Below, piece after piece: positions 1 through 13,616 of a DNA stretch of 64,000 nucleotides. Position numbers and translations under genes: made by a program. Each line of letters opens with the position of its first letter. The first letter of the stretch is position 1. The notes under the pieces were generated by a model. It was not told the DNA's origin. It was given only the letters and a program-made list of their open reading frames with translations, and did no database searches. Source of the stretch: Trichoplax adhaerens (lineage: Eukaryota; Animalia; Placozoa); the NCBI RefSeq assembly GCF_000150275.1, contig NW_002060949.1, positions 209,861-273,860 of the forward strand, given 5' to 3'.

Positions 1-499
1 TATTGCATATAAGCGAATGCTGATCGACCCGTATAGTACGCAGGGACACAAACTACTTTTTAGAGTACTGCCTCCACTACACCAGTTGTCGGTCCGTCCT
101 AATCTAGACTTCAATCATAAAATTAGTTTTTGAGAGACTGACTGAATTGTACAGTATTAATAACAGCAGAGTACAGCACTGTCCATAGTTAACAGCAGTG
201 TTATATTTATTTATTAATTAGTTAATCGGTGACTGCACAAGAATAAGAGCTCACCCAACTCTAGACTACAACCAGGGGCTTCTAAGAGAAGCACTGAAAG
301 AGAAATTCTTTCAGGAGTCCCTCTTGTATCAGCATCAATCAAAATGGACTTTCTGAACCGAACCTTTGACAGGGTCTAGCTAGCCTAGGAGTGGAGGGAC
401 TAAAAGCCGTAGGAACTGAGACAGAGAGACTGACAGTGGACATCCATTGACTAGACCTTTATCGTGTCAAACTGGCAATTTGATTGGCTAAAAATTGCT

Positions 500-570
500 A
501 ATACTGTACAGTATACAGTATTACTGTACGCGTGACTGCTACAGCGTACTGTACAGTGCATAGTAGTACA
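500..570. repeat. TACAG/CTGTA pentamer-derived palindromic cluster upstream of TRMT13
   Basis: atactgtacagtatacagtattactgtac...gtactgtacagt, next to an inverted CCAAT box (tgattggc, 481-488). Confidence 0.7.
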
Positions 571-938
571 AGTGTGTACGAGCGTTGTGTGTGTGAATGT
601 GTGATAATAAAGTATATTAATTAATTATAATTAATAATTAGAATTAGAATTACTATCGAAACTTAGTAAAGCCTCAATAAAGTTATCTCGAGCTCAGGTG
701 TAGGTGTTGATTAACACGAATTTGACACTACTTTCATTAAAGAATGATATTCGATATTTATCTTCTACGAAATTAATTTGGATCAAGTCTTCTTAGTACT
801 ATATGAATAAAACAGTTATATGCAGAAAACAAGTAGTAAATTATATATTATCAAAAGTAAATTTGAATAAATCCGTAAAGTCCGTATTATCAATACTTAA
901 ATTTCACGAATCAACTCTTGCACCCCAAGTATAGAGAT

Positions 939-3900
939 ATGGCCGACAACAGTAACAATTCTCGACCTCATTGTGAGTATTATTTACCTCGAAAGAAGAG
1001 ATTTTGCCGAATGATACCTAAAGTTGGTGATCGCTTATGTGGTGAACACATGCTGTATGCATCTGAGGTACAGTTAACAGTTCATAGCTTAATAGCTTAA
1101 TATACGAGTAGACTATGTTTATTTGGTGTCTAACTGCAATGGAAAAGCTAATTTTTGATTATGTTACATCAATATTGCTTGAGCCTGTATTGAACGTAAT
1201 TAATTAACATACTATAGAATCATTCACCAGTGTGAATTAGAACTTACATCTTAAATTCTTAATTAGTTGTCTAATTAAATATTTCTTTTTCTTACCTTGA
1301 ATTAGGCCTATAACGAACTCGGCAATATAAATAAGCAAGAGAGAAAGAGAATACCATGTCCACTAGATTCCAAACAGTAAGTGAAAATTAAACTGAAATT
1401 ACATTGCTTAATTAATCATTGAATTGAAAGCAATAGCAACATTTGCTACCTCTCTGCTATAGGAGTTACCTCTTTACTCTTAACTTCTTACATTATCTTA
1501 ATCATGGCTGTAAACCTTTTATCTCTTCTCTTTTGATTTCGTTTTTATTATACAGTATGTTACATAACTCCCTAAATGTACCTCTAAGTAGACAAATATT
1601 ATATAGTACTCGTATATTGACTACAGTGTGACATCATATGCCAAAATTCACTGTCCGTTAATATTACAGTATGACGTCGATGTTCTCTAGTTTGCAAATA
1701 CCGTAGTAATTACAGTGTTATGAATGCTACTTGTACGACTTGCTATGCTGATTGTTAACTTACTTGTTATGTCCATAGTACTGTATACGAAGATAAACTG
1801 GAGAAGCACTTGAAACTTTGCAATGCTAGACATACCACCCTATCGGTAATTATACGTCTAATTAGACGTTACTAGTGCATTATAACACATACGTATGAAT
1901 AACTTCAAGATTTATTATGCTTACTGGTATAATGTCACGCCCGCGATGCTTCGCAGAAATGTACGGTTATTGTAATAAATTAAATTAAATTTTAATACTT
2001 GCATGGAGCATATTATACAATTATACCTTTATACTGATAACGCTTGCCACATAAATTCAGTACTTCGCGGTTATTCGTCTACATGTTGCATATTACTATA
2101 GGACTACTACGAAAAGGAAGTCAATTCCGGACATATTAGCCAATCTATATCAAAGGTGAGCGATGTATAGCCATCATTCGATCTAGAATTCTCGAAGAGA
2201 TTGAGTACTGAAATTGGAAGCATTCCTATTTTCGATAGTATATTTTTGCATACTTATTCTATGTACTTTGCCTAAGTGATGCCTTAAAAGGGATATTATT
2301 TTATGCTATATATTCGATCGGTAATCTCAATAAATTAAATAATTAACTCTTCTTAAACAGAGACCATTATCTGACATCCCAGAAGAGAAAGTGCTTCATA
2401 TTATAAATAAGCTGTATAAACTTTCAAAGGGTAATATGTTAGCGTTATGAATTAGATTTATGCTAAGATTATTCTCGTTATTAACCTTTAGTTGGCCTTT
2501 GAACAGAGTAAAGTTGATATTATTTCACTCTCAATTAGATCAATCTCTTTCGAGCGAAAGAAGTATTTTACAACATCATTCACTGAAAGAAGAAATAGAT
2601 GGTAACCCTGACGCTACTAACGCAATAAAACATTACCTGCAGCAGGCATCCATAATTGGTAATATGGAGAAATTTGGATTACTAAGATCCCAGGCTTGCT
2701 ACATAGAATTCGGTGCTGGAAGAGGTACTGTACCAAATGAGGAATAATTTACTTTTGCTAAATAATATAATTTGTAATTTAATAATGATTTCAAAATAAA
2801 GAAGTTTCCTTTTAATGGTATTTCCTAAAAGTTGAAGCATTTATGAAAGTATCATAGGAACTGATCTATAGTCGATGTTTTGTCATGTTTTAGGGAAACT
2901 GTCACACTGGGTAGCTCGAGCGTTATCCGAATATAATAACAAGGTCGAATTTGTATTAATAGACAGAGCAAATAACCGACGGAAGGTTAGCTTACACATG
3001 TGCAATCACGATAGTTATCTGATTTCATAACAGTTTCTGCTGACAAAACTTTAACCGAAGTAATGTGCACCTACTTGTAAAATATTTTCTTTGCAATCAG
3101 CTTGACTGCATGCACACCAGCAATAAAATGGGACCTAAATTCGAACGTGTTAAAATGGACATTGAACATTTCAATTTAGGTATAGTAATTTAAGAAACTT
3201 TTCGAGGGTTAGCTATGTAAGCTACTAAAGCATTGATTTTAGATATCTTAAAAGAAATTGTTTATCCGAATTGTTAATCGAAAGTTTAGTGCACTAATAA
3301 CAATCTATACGTTTATAATCAGCGAAATATTCGTTTAAAGCCGATTGGGATGTTATCGGCATTGGTAAACATTTATGTGGAGCAGCTACAGGTAAATTGA
3401 TATAAATATATATTGCAGTAGCTCAGATTAAAAATTTTTACGTCATATGCTGACGATACTGTATTCGTTCAGTCACTTAAGTTAGAAATCTATCGAAATA
3501 TCTATAATAGTACAATAAATATTATTGCTATCCGATGATTTGAACCGTTAACTTTATTACAGATGTAAGTCTGCGGTGTCTGATGAACACTCAGAGTCAA
3601 AATAGTAAATGCAGGTAAAAAGTTCGAAAATAAAAGGTACAATTTACGTGAATTAAAACTGATTTCGCAGCCTTCAATTTTTACATAGAACACGTAATAG
3701 CGTTCGTGGAGCGATTCTTGCTCTGTGTTGCCATCATCGATGTGATTGGAAAAGCTACGTTAATAGGGAATATTTTCTAGAATTAGGATTTGATGAAGAA
3801 GATTTTAATGTAATATGTAGCTTATCGAGTTGGGCGACATGTAGTTTTCATAAGGGCCAGTCTGAAGGCGTATCTGCGGAAACTAGCACCTCAGTTATGC

Positions 3901-4279
3901 ACGGTAAAGAAATTGGCAGCGATTCTTGTGCTAATGAATCAAACTTGGGTTCAGCTGTGTTTCAGTCAAGGTACTCATTAGGACTAGTTCTAAATGTTCT
4001 TACTATAGCTTTGTCTTGATTTTGCAGTACTTAATGCATTAATTGTTCCGAAATCTCGATGATCAAATTTTGCAACATTTTTTTACCAGGCTTAATCAGG
4101 ATTTTCGACAAAAGAGAGAAGAAATTGGTCAATTATGTAAACAACTCTTAAATGTAGGTAGAAGTGCTTATATGCGAAATCACGGGTATAACACGAGGTT
4201 GATAGAATTTGTTGATAACAACGTAACTCCAGAAAATATTTGTTTAATAGCAACATGTAATGAAGATGTGGATACATGA
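939..4279 (+). CDS. TRMT13: tRNA:m(4)X modification enzyme TRM13 homolog (about 12 exons)
   Basis: ATG 939. Exon 1 encodes the TRM13 CCCH finger CEYYLPRKKRFCRMIPKVGDRLCGEH. Exons at ~1306-1376 and ~1779-1845 give RKRIPCPLDSKH|TVYEDKLEKHLKLCNAR (U11-48K-type CHHC finger). Methyltransferase motifs follow: YIEFGAGRG|KLSHWV (~2700-2915), GIGKHLCGAAT|DVSLRCL (~3358-3582), ILALCCHHRCDWKSYV (~3714-3761) and C-terminal VTPENICLIA, stop 4279. Junctions checked were GT-AG and in frame. Confidence 0.95.
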
Positions 4280-5137
4280 ATTTGAATACGCGATATTCAA
4301 GTATCCTATAATGTTACTTTTTATTAGTTAGATTAAGGACGAATGTTACGCTATAAAAACAGCTATAAAAAATTTTATTAATTTTCTGAATTGTATAAAA
4401 GTTAGCTATTATTTCAATTGAAAAAAGCATTTGCAAAAATCAGCGTCTACATTTTTGATTAAAGCTTAGGAATAAGTTTTCATTGCACCATCTAATAAAA
4501 AGGCATTCAATGCTGCAGCTTATGATTAAAGGTATTGCATCAATGTGGGTTATATACGTCCTGATAGTTGTATTGTGCGTTATACTTGAAATTTGAATAT
4601 TCTTCAATTTATCTAGTACTTTACCTGACAAACTATAATTATGATCGACAAAATCGTGTATAATAATAATTAATAAATATAGATTTATAATCTAAAGGTT
4701 ACTTTGGAATTTGAAACAATTCTTTGCGAGGGTGCTGAAGTAATTTTCTCTAACTTTTATTTGCAAAATGAATTATCCATCGGAATCAACGTTTTCAGCA
4801 TTTGAAGACGTTATCGAATAAATGAAGTCCCTCGTCAATTATAATACGTAAGCTCACACGATATGGAGTTTACTAAAGACAAACAAGATTGCATAGGTAG
4901 AATGAGACACGCTGTTTATAAGATACACTTCACCTATTTAGCTAATAAAGCCATCATCAAAGAGGAAATTATCCGCTTTGTGTTGTGTAGTAGTTTCAGC
5001 TAATTACAGTAGTAATGGAAGTACGGTAGTATTAAGAAGTAAAATAGTCTACTATGTTGGTATTATTAAGGCACTCATATTGCAACTTTTATAATTCACG
5101 TACTGGACGTCCTCGTATTTAAAGATGAAACTCAAAG

Positions 5138-5968
5138 CACTGTACTGTACACTGTACAGTACAATATGGTATCACGTGATATTGCGGCTTTTACTTCTCT
5201 CTCGAGGTAACACATGCGTAGAAAGATGAAGGAATGCTCAACACTGCACAGAATAGAATCTGCATTTTACAGAACATGGATAACTTTGTAAACTACTTGT
5301 AGAGTACAGTATATTATAATTCATTAGGTTGACTTGAGTACAGATTTATTAATGACGTTTTATTCATTGAGACCTTTCTATTGTGATCTACAAATCAAAT
5401 CTTGACAGCAGCGCTAAACTCTACCGAATGCAATTTCAGTTTAGGAGCAACATACAGTAGAGCTGTATTTTTAGTACTATACAGTACAGTACAGTATAAT
5501 GGTATTTCGATTTCAGATTGCTAAGGATTGGAATGAAGGAAGAATATGTATCGCGTAGTTTATAGCAAGAAATAAGATGGAAATACAGTCCTGTGATCAT
5601 CATTATTCCATCATAATAATTATTATTAAGTTGTAATGGTCAGAATAAACACCTCTATAATCCTCTTTTATCCAATGAGCGAGGGACTAATAATCATACA
5701 CCAATTATACAGTACAGTACAGTATGAGCGTAGAAGTCTTCCTAGCGTACCGTACTGTACTGTACTGTATTGACTACGAAGTCCCCAGTGACTTTATATA
5801 GCGACTGAACACCGATAACACGATGAGCAGCATGGATGGGGGGGAGTCATCAGTATGTATCGTAAATTACGACACATACCATACTGTACTGCATATTTTA
5901 GATACACGCAAAGTATGACGAGCATGACTTCACTCGCCTAGAAAGTCATACTGTACAGCGTACAGTAG
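5138..5968. repeat. Dispersed TACAG/CTGTA pentamer clusters upstream of the ZC3H13-like gene
   Basis: Clusters at ~5138-5163 (actgtactgtacactgtacagtaca), ~5479-5496 and ~5708-5724 (tacagtacagtacagta), ~5751-5769 (gtactgtactgtactgta) and ~5950-5968. Confidence 0.7.
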
Positions 5969-6082
5969 AGTTGGGTACAGGACTAGTGTCGGTGTGAGTA
6001 TGTGTATTGAAGTGGCAAAGGTAGAGAATATATTTGAGAGCTCCAGGACGACATCGCCATAAGATTCGATCAATAGACAAAA

Positions 6083-9000
6083 ATGTCGAAGCTTTCAGGG
6101 CGAAAAGTGACAATTAATCATAGCGAACCTAAGGAAAATTATAGTGAACCTCAAAGAAAAAGTGTCTTTCTACGCCTAGGAACATACAAAAATTTAGAAG
6201 TACGTACAGTATATATAACCACATAGTGCTGTAACAGTCTTTTGCTACATTCAACTGGCAAACTTCGATATCTTCATTTCATCCGTACAAACTGTATTTC
6301 TATTGATGTTTACCAAAATGATAAAGTTATCGAACAATTTGGCACTAAAAGGTGGTGCCTGTAGGTGCTTGATATACCTTAGATTTATAAACGATATGTC
6401 TTGTTCCTGAGATGAGATTATACACTGAAAAATATCGAAACAATTTGTTTCCATTTATTAATGAATTATATTATATAGGGATATTATTTTTTAACTTACT
6501 TTATGTGCGTTTCTTGACGATAGTTTGTAAATATATAATTATTAGAATTTCAGCTTTATTTTCATACGTACTTACATACCGTATAATAATCTTTAAATTC
6601 CAGCCGTAATGGCTGAAAGTAGCCAGTAAATGGGATCGTTAACGTTCTATCATTACTTTCGTAATATCATGTGAAAATGCAATCTGGCTAATCATGTCAC
6701 CATCAGAGCATCAATCTACTGTTGTATTCTACGTCATAAAGCGAAATATTGGTTACTTTACAGGCTACCCTATACACCAGGTTATGGGTGGCAATGATAA
6801 AAACTTTACATTTATCTTACCACAATCATATAATTAGGGACCACCCAATCTGGCGTTGACTAATGTACCTTACAGTACAGTAGTCACTAATCACTGGCTA
6901 CATGAATACGTGTTTTATAATTATAATTTAAGTCTAGTACAATTTATCATAGTACCAGTTAATAATTACAGTAGCACAGAGAATATGTTTATGACACCAA
7001 AGTGATACATTCAGATGGAGCAAAGTTATAATATCGACTGTCTATTAGTATAGAAATTCATAACACATTCTATCGAATTAACTGTGAAGGCATTGCTATA
7101 TAATAAGTACAGTAATACAGAGGCAATCCTGATTTTAACTTTTTAAAAATGTACAATCTAAAGTATCATGCGTCAGCCTATTCTGTAGATTCATAATCCT
7201 ATCTGATATACTGTGTAGTAGTTGTACGTATTACAATATCTTGTAATATCACGATTACTGTTAACGAGCAAATAATTAGCCGTTATCTCTGTTTTGTTGG
7301 ATAATAACTTGCTAAAATAAATTCCAACTTGCTAATTAATGAGTGTGCAAGGCTGCAGCAGACGCTCTTCTTTTACAATACTACTATAACTCTCATTATG
7401 TCTCTGTTATACTGTAAGTGATTGCTGCAGAGATTCTGAATGTACCCAAATATAAGCAATAGCGCTGCATTCTGGATGCTTATTATTACATTCAATTTAT
7501 AACCGAAACGTACTTTCTGTAGTATCTGTATACTTTTAGTTGGCCTTCATGTAAATATGGTACGAAATACAGTAGGTGTATATGCTTGTGAAGTAAACAC
7601 AGCATATTGTCCTAGCATACTCTAGTGGAGATACGAGTACGCGTGTCATATAGTATAGAAGATACATGACTTGCTGTAAATAGGGTCTGCTCCACTAATA
7701 TTTATTATTACGTACATCCGGCCATAATGAAGCTTCAAATTGTGCATCATAAACGCACGTTTTAAACTATGCCATTTCAGGAATACGTTGTAATATTCAC
7801 AGTTATGATTCCTACTTTTACACTGTCATGAGTGGACTGTAGGGTTACTTTGAAATCATGCACTTATCATTTCTATCTATGTTGAGCGTTACGAATAGAT
7901 AAGGAAAGTCTTATTTCTCTTTGATAGGGCCACTGTCGATACTGGGTTAAACTTGGACACTGTAACTTAAGACATAATTGTCCATTTCTGCATGACAAAA
8001 TGCATCGTGGAAAATTTAAACAAAACCATCAGAGGAATGAAGTCAGGTAATACAATTTTATTTTAATTTTAATGTACACGTACAGTATTTTTGGTATATT
8101 TATTTGCATACCAAAATAAAGTAAATTGATCTCTATCAGGTATTTGTATGCAGATGGCTCAATATAACAAAATAGCATAGCAATTGCTTCATAGCCGTTA
8201 TACTAGTAGTAAAGCAGAGATCGCTATTGACATGTATTTAATATAATTGCTTGATAATACAGTAATGTTTCATGAATTTATGAAGATAATTCTGTATCTT
8301 TTGATTTTAAATAGGGATGATTCATCGAAAGGTATCAACATTACTTCGGTCATATATTGCCCTAATTCATACCGTAGTAGCCTCTAAAATAATTCTATAA
8401 ATATAATTTTCATTTGGTCTTAAAGATTACTGTAGTTTGTACGAGGAGAACATGATCTTATTTCTTCTGTGTGCTATAAGGCAGAGTAATATTGTTCAGT
8501 ATATATCTAGCGATAACGGTTGCATAGTGGACCGTTTCTGTTGGTGTAGCTTCTGGTCGATTCGCGTTAAAGTTTTTAAAATTTTAAAATGCTATAGATA
8601 AATTTGATGCAGATAGGCATGTTTGGACGTCAAAAGAATCAAGTAATTCAAGGCAAACGCATTCAGAATATAGAAGGAGTAATAGTCAAGATTCGTCATC
8701 CAGGCAAAATAAGAGAATTAGGAGAGAAAGTGATAGTGATTACTATGATAAAGAAGACGAAAGAAGACTTTTGAAAAGACGAGAAGAAATTAATAATGAG
8801 CTTAAGGAACTGAGCGAGATTCAAGATGTTGATAAATTTGATGACCTAAGTGAAAATTTGTCCGACGAAGGTATTTGCACACGCGTTAGAAAATTTTTGA
8901 AGTCCTTAACTGTTGTTGCTTACAATACAAAATAGTAAAGCAATTACTGTAAGCCTTGTTTATACTTTCATGTTACAGTGACAATGTCACATGTATTTCT

Positions 9001-10536
9001 ATGGTATCGTAAACTCATAATAACAGTTGTTTATATACTGTAAAATTACAATCGAAATAATTTATTACTTAATTTTATATATAACTGCTACTGTACTTAC
9101 CTACTTAAATAATGTCACCCCTACAAAGTTGATAGTATACTTACGGATTTAGTTAAGTTTCTATTTGCTGTTAGTTCATTCCCATTTCATATCAATTTAT
9201 ACTTATAACATGTCGTCTGTGCCAAAAATTGATACGAATTTTAATCCCAATACTTTATTTTACTGCGCTTTATGCATCAATCAAGGTTCTGATAATGTTG
9301 CACCGTTCTATGAGGTATGATAGCTATGATATTTACTGTTTAAAGATTTCGGTTATATAGCTTTAACATTGCGATGTGCTTGTTAGCAGACTGGAGAAGG
9401 TTTGGAAATAGAGTTTAACAATTGCAGTGAAGATGCAAACTTTAAGGTGACAGTTTCAAATAGTAAATCTTCCGATACGACCTTACATCGTATAAATGAT
9501 AAACGACAGTTTAACAATGACTTGGTGAACCAGCAAAATAAAGTATACGTTGACGGCCAAGAAGATATTTCAGATGAAGATAATAGTGAAAATATGGCAA
9601 AGTTACAAAGTAGCAGTGATATCACCACTTCTAGAAGTAGTGTTAGCTACGACAGGTCAGCATATAATTTCGTCATATACCCTATGATAATGCACTTGAT
9701 TCAAATACTGTTATATCTGATCGAGTTGTACCTTGATAATTATTCAATTTTGCCATAGATCAATGTCTATGAAAGAAAGTGACCCAGTCAAGAATGTCAG
9801 TTATAATATAGACTGTTCGTCATTTAGTCCTGTGTGTTTACGTAATAGAAGTAATATGCAATAACGGAGTATTAACTTTCTTGATTATAGCGTCGAGAAC
9901 CTAGTGGACCTTCCTTTTCTAATAACGATATATTTAGTGATGTAAGTGATGACGATACAGACGGTGTTACCGATACAAATGCTAGTTGTTCATCGAAGCA
10001 AGATAAGCGTAGTAAGGTATTTAACTCATTTCTTCCCGATGATTTACGGTATCTAAATGAAGTGATGCAATTTTTTTAATGCACTATTTCGTATTTCGTA
10101 AAAAAGTTACTTTACGACGATATTAGTGATGAAGATTTAGACCCTACGACAAATAATGGTGAGGAATATTTCCTAGCTTGCTTGCAGTGTTTAAGACACT
10201 ACTCGTAATTAGCTTTGTGGAATCATAGTCTCTAAAAGTAAAATTGGTAATAACTTATAGTAATTGTGTTTTTTGTTACGTAGATGATGATCAATTAAGT
10301 ACGAGTAGTGAGGATGTCGTAGATCATACTAGTATTGGGAAAAGTCCTTCACAGCGAGTAACCATGAAGAATTCCAACGAACGATTAGCAGGGAATTATG
10401 CCAGTAAGTCTGAAACTATTGATCAATACAGTAATTAAGTAGTGTTTGTATGAATAATCTGATCCTGCTTTAATGTTACCTGAAATGCGGTGAAGCTCGA
10501 GGAAGATCTCGGAAAGAGCGATATCACGATCACTAA
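6083..10536 (+). CDS. ZC3H13: ZC3H13-like CCCH zinc-finger protein, ~399 aa, 11 predicted exons
   Basis: Exon 1 (6083-6199) MSKLSGRKVTINHSE...RKSVFLRLG resembles the ZC3H13 N-terminus (MSKIRRKVTV...RPSVFERLG). Exon 2 (7928-8046) has C-x8-C-x5-C-x3-H (CRYWVKLGHCNLRHNCPFLH). Exon 4 (8598-8870) has a coiled coil ERRLLKRREEINNELKEL, like ZC3H13 ELSLEMKRQKIQRELMKLE. Remaining phase-consistent exons: 8315-8331, 9286-9314, 9387-9655, 9759-9795, 9891-10016, 10107-10158, 10284-10403, 10496-10536 (total 1200 nt). The last exon is least certain. Confidence 0.75.
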
Positions 10537-12924
10537 AGGCAATTGTTTAAAATTCTAAAGTATCACACTAAATAAAGATCTAAAGTTGCTGAAGTTGGTA
10601 ACTATGGAAAGTGCTACAAAATGTCACTTAATTTATACGACTCTTCGGATAACTTGTAACGTGAATGTAGAGTTTGGGAGATCTGAATCAAGATCACATC
10701 GTTTAAATTGCATCTGCATCTGCATTTACGAAAATTTGAGTTATCGTCCACTTACTGATGCTGCTGTATAATTGATACATTTAATCACAGTCTATTTTTA
10801 TGACATCCATCAGATTACGGTGAATTGGCGCTATTTACTTGAAGTAATGCTCGATAGAAATAACTAAGAAATACAACATAATGAAAAGTTTTTGAAATTT
10901 ATGATTAATAATTGTAATAGACAGTAAATTCTAAATAATCATATTTGTCTAACAGTTTGTGTCCGCCACTATAATTGTAACTATATGATATCCACATAAA
11001 TTTAACATATAAGTAGTATTGAAAACAATTGCTACTTACAATTAAGCATAATCCTTTAATTTTATGATTTGATTTTAGTTGAAATCTGAAAGCTACGACT
11101 CAGTCTTGTTTAGCAGTATTGAGTAAAGCAGTTGGACTCTATTGAGCGCAGCATTACGTTTAGGAGATTTAAATTAAATTTAATATTATGGATATTAATT
11201 TCTTCATGTGTTGGAATCAGCAGTAACCAGTCGACAGTTTGCTATTATTTTCATATAGGAATTGAACTGCTTTAGTTCAAGTTTCTTACGTTTCTACTAC
11301 TTGTGATGGAATAATTTGTTTTTTTTTAAGACGAAATTTAAATAATGAAAACTTGTAAATGTTGTGCGCACTTGCATGTACTAGATATTTGAATCCGTGG
11401 TCTACGTTAGCGACGATTCCGGAAAATATTTAAAATTGCGTAAGATGCGACTTCGATAGCTTTATGCTGCATACTTTATCATGCCAACTGTATCAATTTA
11501 AAGTTAATGAAAGGTTAATGAGTTTATCATTGCTACGTATTTCGTAGATAGTGATTGATCCAGTTAAATTGGAGCTTAAGTCTTAAGTATCTAAAAATTC
11601 TTTTATTCAGAACAAGTGAAATCATTCGTTTATTATGTGATAAGTATTTACTCCATTCGTATGTATAAATTGGTATATGAGATTCTTTCGTAACTTAATT
11701 TAAATTATTTGTATTGTTTGATTAAAATTGAAATAGTATTTCGTTTGTTTTGTTTTAATTCTTTTACTTGATGTAAATATATTTAATGTTACTGTATACA
11801 TGATGTATGGCGTATTTATACACGTATGTAGGATATATACGTTTACTGTCAAGATTACTATTATAATAATATATTATATATCTCTCCATATATGTACATG
11901 TTACATTTTCTAGTGGTCATAAATAAAACATGCGGAGTAGCATGCTATCATTGATACTTGTAAAATTTGATTTTAATTGTTTTTATCGTAGCTAATTTTT
12001 TCGTACGTTAAGGCTAGTCTGCGTAATACTGTACCACATAAGAATTTTTGACCTAATTTTGCATCTGTGCAGCTAAGATTGCACCGGAAACAGATCGTAA
12101 TTAGTTCATATTATACAATTAATGATGATACTTGTAGTTTACTAAAAACTGGGGTTCATTCATAATGTCATTTTTGAAACTTAAAAGTGACTGATTTTAA
12201 TTTAAATTACAATTATTGTTGAGTGACGTGTGTTATCGAATCAATCTATTTATTGCACTTAAGTTATGAACGTACCTAATTACAGTTAATAATAAAAAAT
12301 AGTTTATATGGTATGATACTGTCAGGGACTCCTAAGAAAAATGAGGGACCTCATACTGTAATTGCCATCGTACTAGGGAGAGTCATCGGGGAAGAATTTT
12401 TCCCACGTGTAAATCATGTCCTATAGAACAGTATTGCACTGACAGACTGTATCTGCTGTATAACTTTAACCAAAGCTACCGTGCAGTATCCATCGAAAGC
12501 TATCGAAAGTGGACGCATTTTACATTTCATACTGCAGCTCAAAACGGTACTGTATACAGTTTTAGTTCAGGTGCTACTGTTTACACCGTACTGTGTTTAT
12601 ATCGTTTTTAGACGTAGAAAAACGGGAAAAACATAACTTCAAACTCTAACGTATAAACACTGTACTGTACTTTAGAATCAGTCTATTATTATTATTGTAA
12701 TCATCAAAGAAATATAGATTCTCTGTTTTTTTTAGAAATATTTCTGCATGAATAAAGATAGTTTCTCTAATTTATAAAGAAAGATGGTTTCACAGATTTA
12801 CATGCTTTGATATCTTTGTAGTTTGAGAACTGAATAGGCATTTTGCGAACCGGCTAGGCATTTTACAAATACTGTACGCTGAACTTCATACTCAAACGGG
12901 TACAATTACACCTGTCGATGATTT

Positions 12925-13616
12925 CAGTACTACTGTACTAGTACTGTACACTGTACAGCGGCTGAATGACTGACTGTTGGAGAAGACAAGACCATAGAGG
13001 CATACTGTAGATAGAGTACAGTACGTACAGTACTGTACAATACAGACAGTGCATGAGTATATTGTACTGTACACTGTAAGAAGTGTTTATTTTCTTTCCA
13101 GACTCAGAAAAAGAGAAAAAATACTACTGAAACTAAGGCAAAATTAGTATACTATATACCATTATGTAGCTAGATCAGTCAAAGCACACATGGTACTAAT
13201 AATTACTATGTGCAGTACAGTACTGTACTTTGCTATGCAAAAGTTGGAAACGAAAATAAACACAGTGTACTGTACAGTACGTACTGTATTGTACTGTACA
13301 GTACGTACTGTACAGGGTGTAGAAATTCGATCTAGATTTAAAAAAAACAGATAAAATGATCAAAAGATATACAGTTTTATGGGTTTTATTCGAAAATAAA
13401 TCATAAAAATATTCACTGACTTATCTAAAAAGAAATTCTACACCTTGTATTGTACTGTACAGTACAGTACTGTACTGTACACTGGGCGTGCACTGTACAG
13501 TCCTGTAGTGTACTGTACAGTACGTACAGTACACTTCCGGGGCCCACTTGCCCCTCAAAACAAGTCCATGATTGTACAGTACAAATGCTTCTATTTCCTA
13601 CAGTACTGTACTGTAT
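12925..13616. repeat. Dense TACAG/CTGTA pentamer array upstream of TUT4/7
   Basis: Many gtactgtac/gtacagtac units at 12925-13078, 13213-13316 and 13447-13616, including a perfect 26-bp palindrome tgtacagtacagtactgtactgtaca at 13456-13481. Confidence 0.85.

Noticed and set aside
271-282. ACCAGGGGCTT resembling the RNase MRP 3' P4 motif
   Set aside because: No matching 5' GAAAGTCCCC element upstream within the window.
325-445. Minus-strand ORF ending TTT-TGA-T resembling an antizyme +1 frameshift site
   Set aside because: The +1 frame hits TGA immediately (GAT TGA) and there is no antizyme similarity.
13447-13616. Repeat array as CRISPR or telomeric sequence
   Set aside because: Eukaryotic context, no repeat-spacer periodicity, and not TTAGGG-like.
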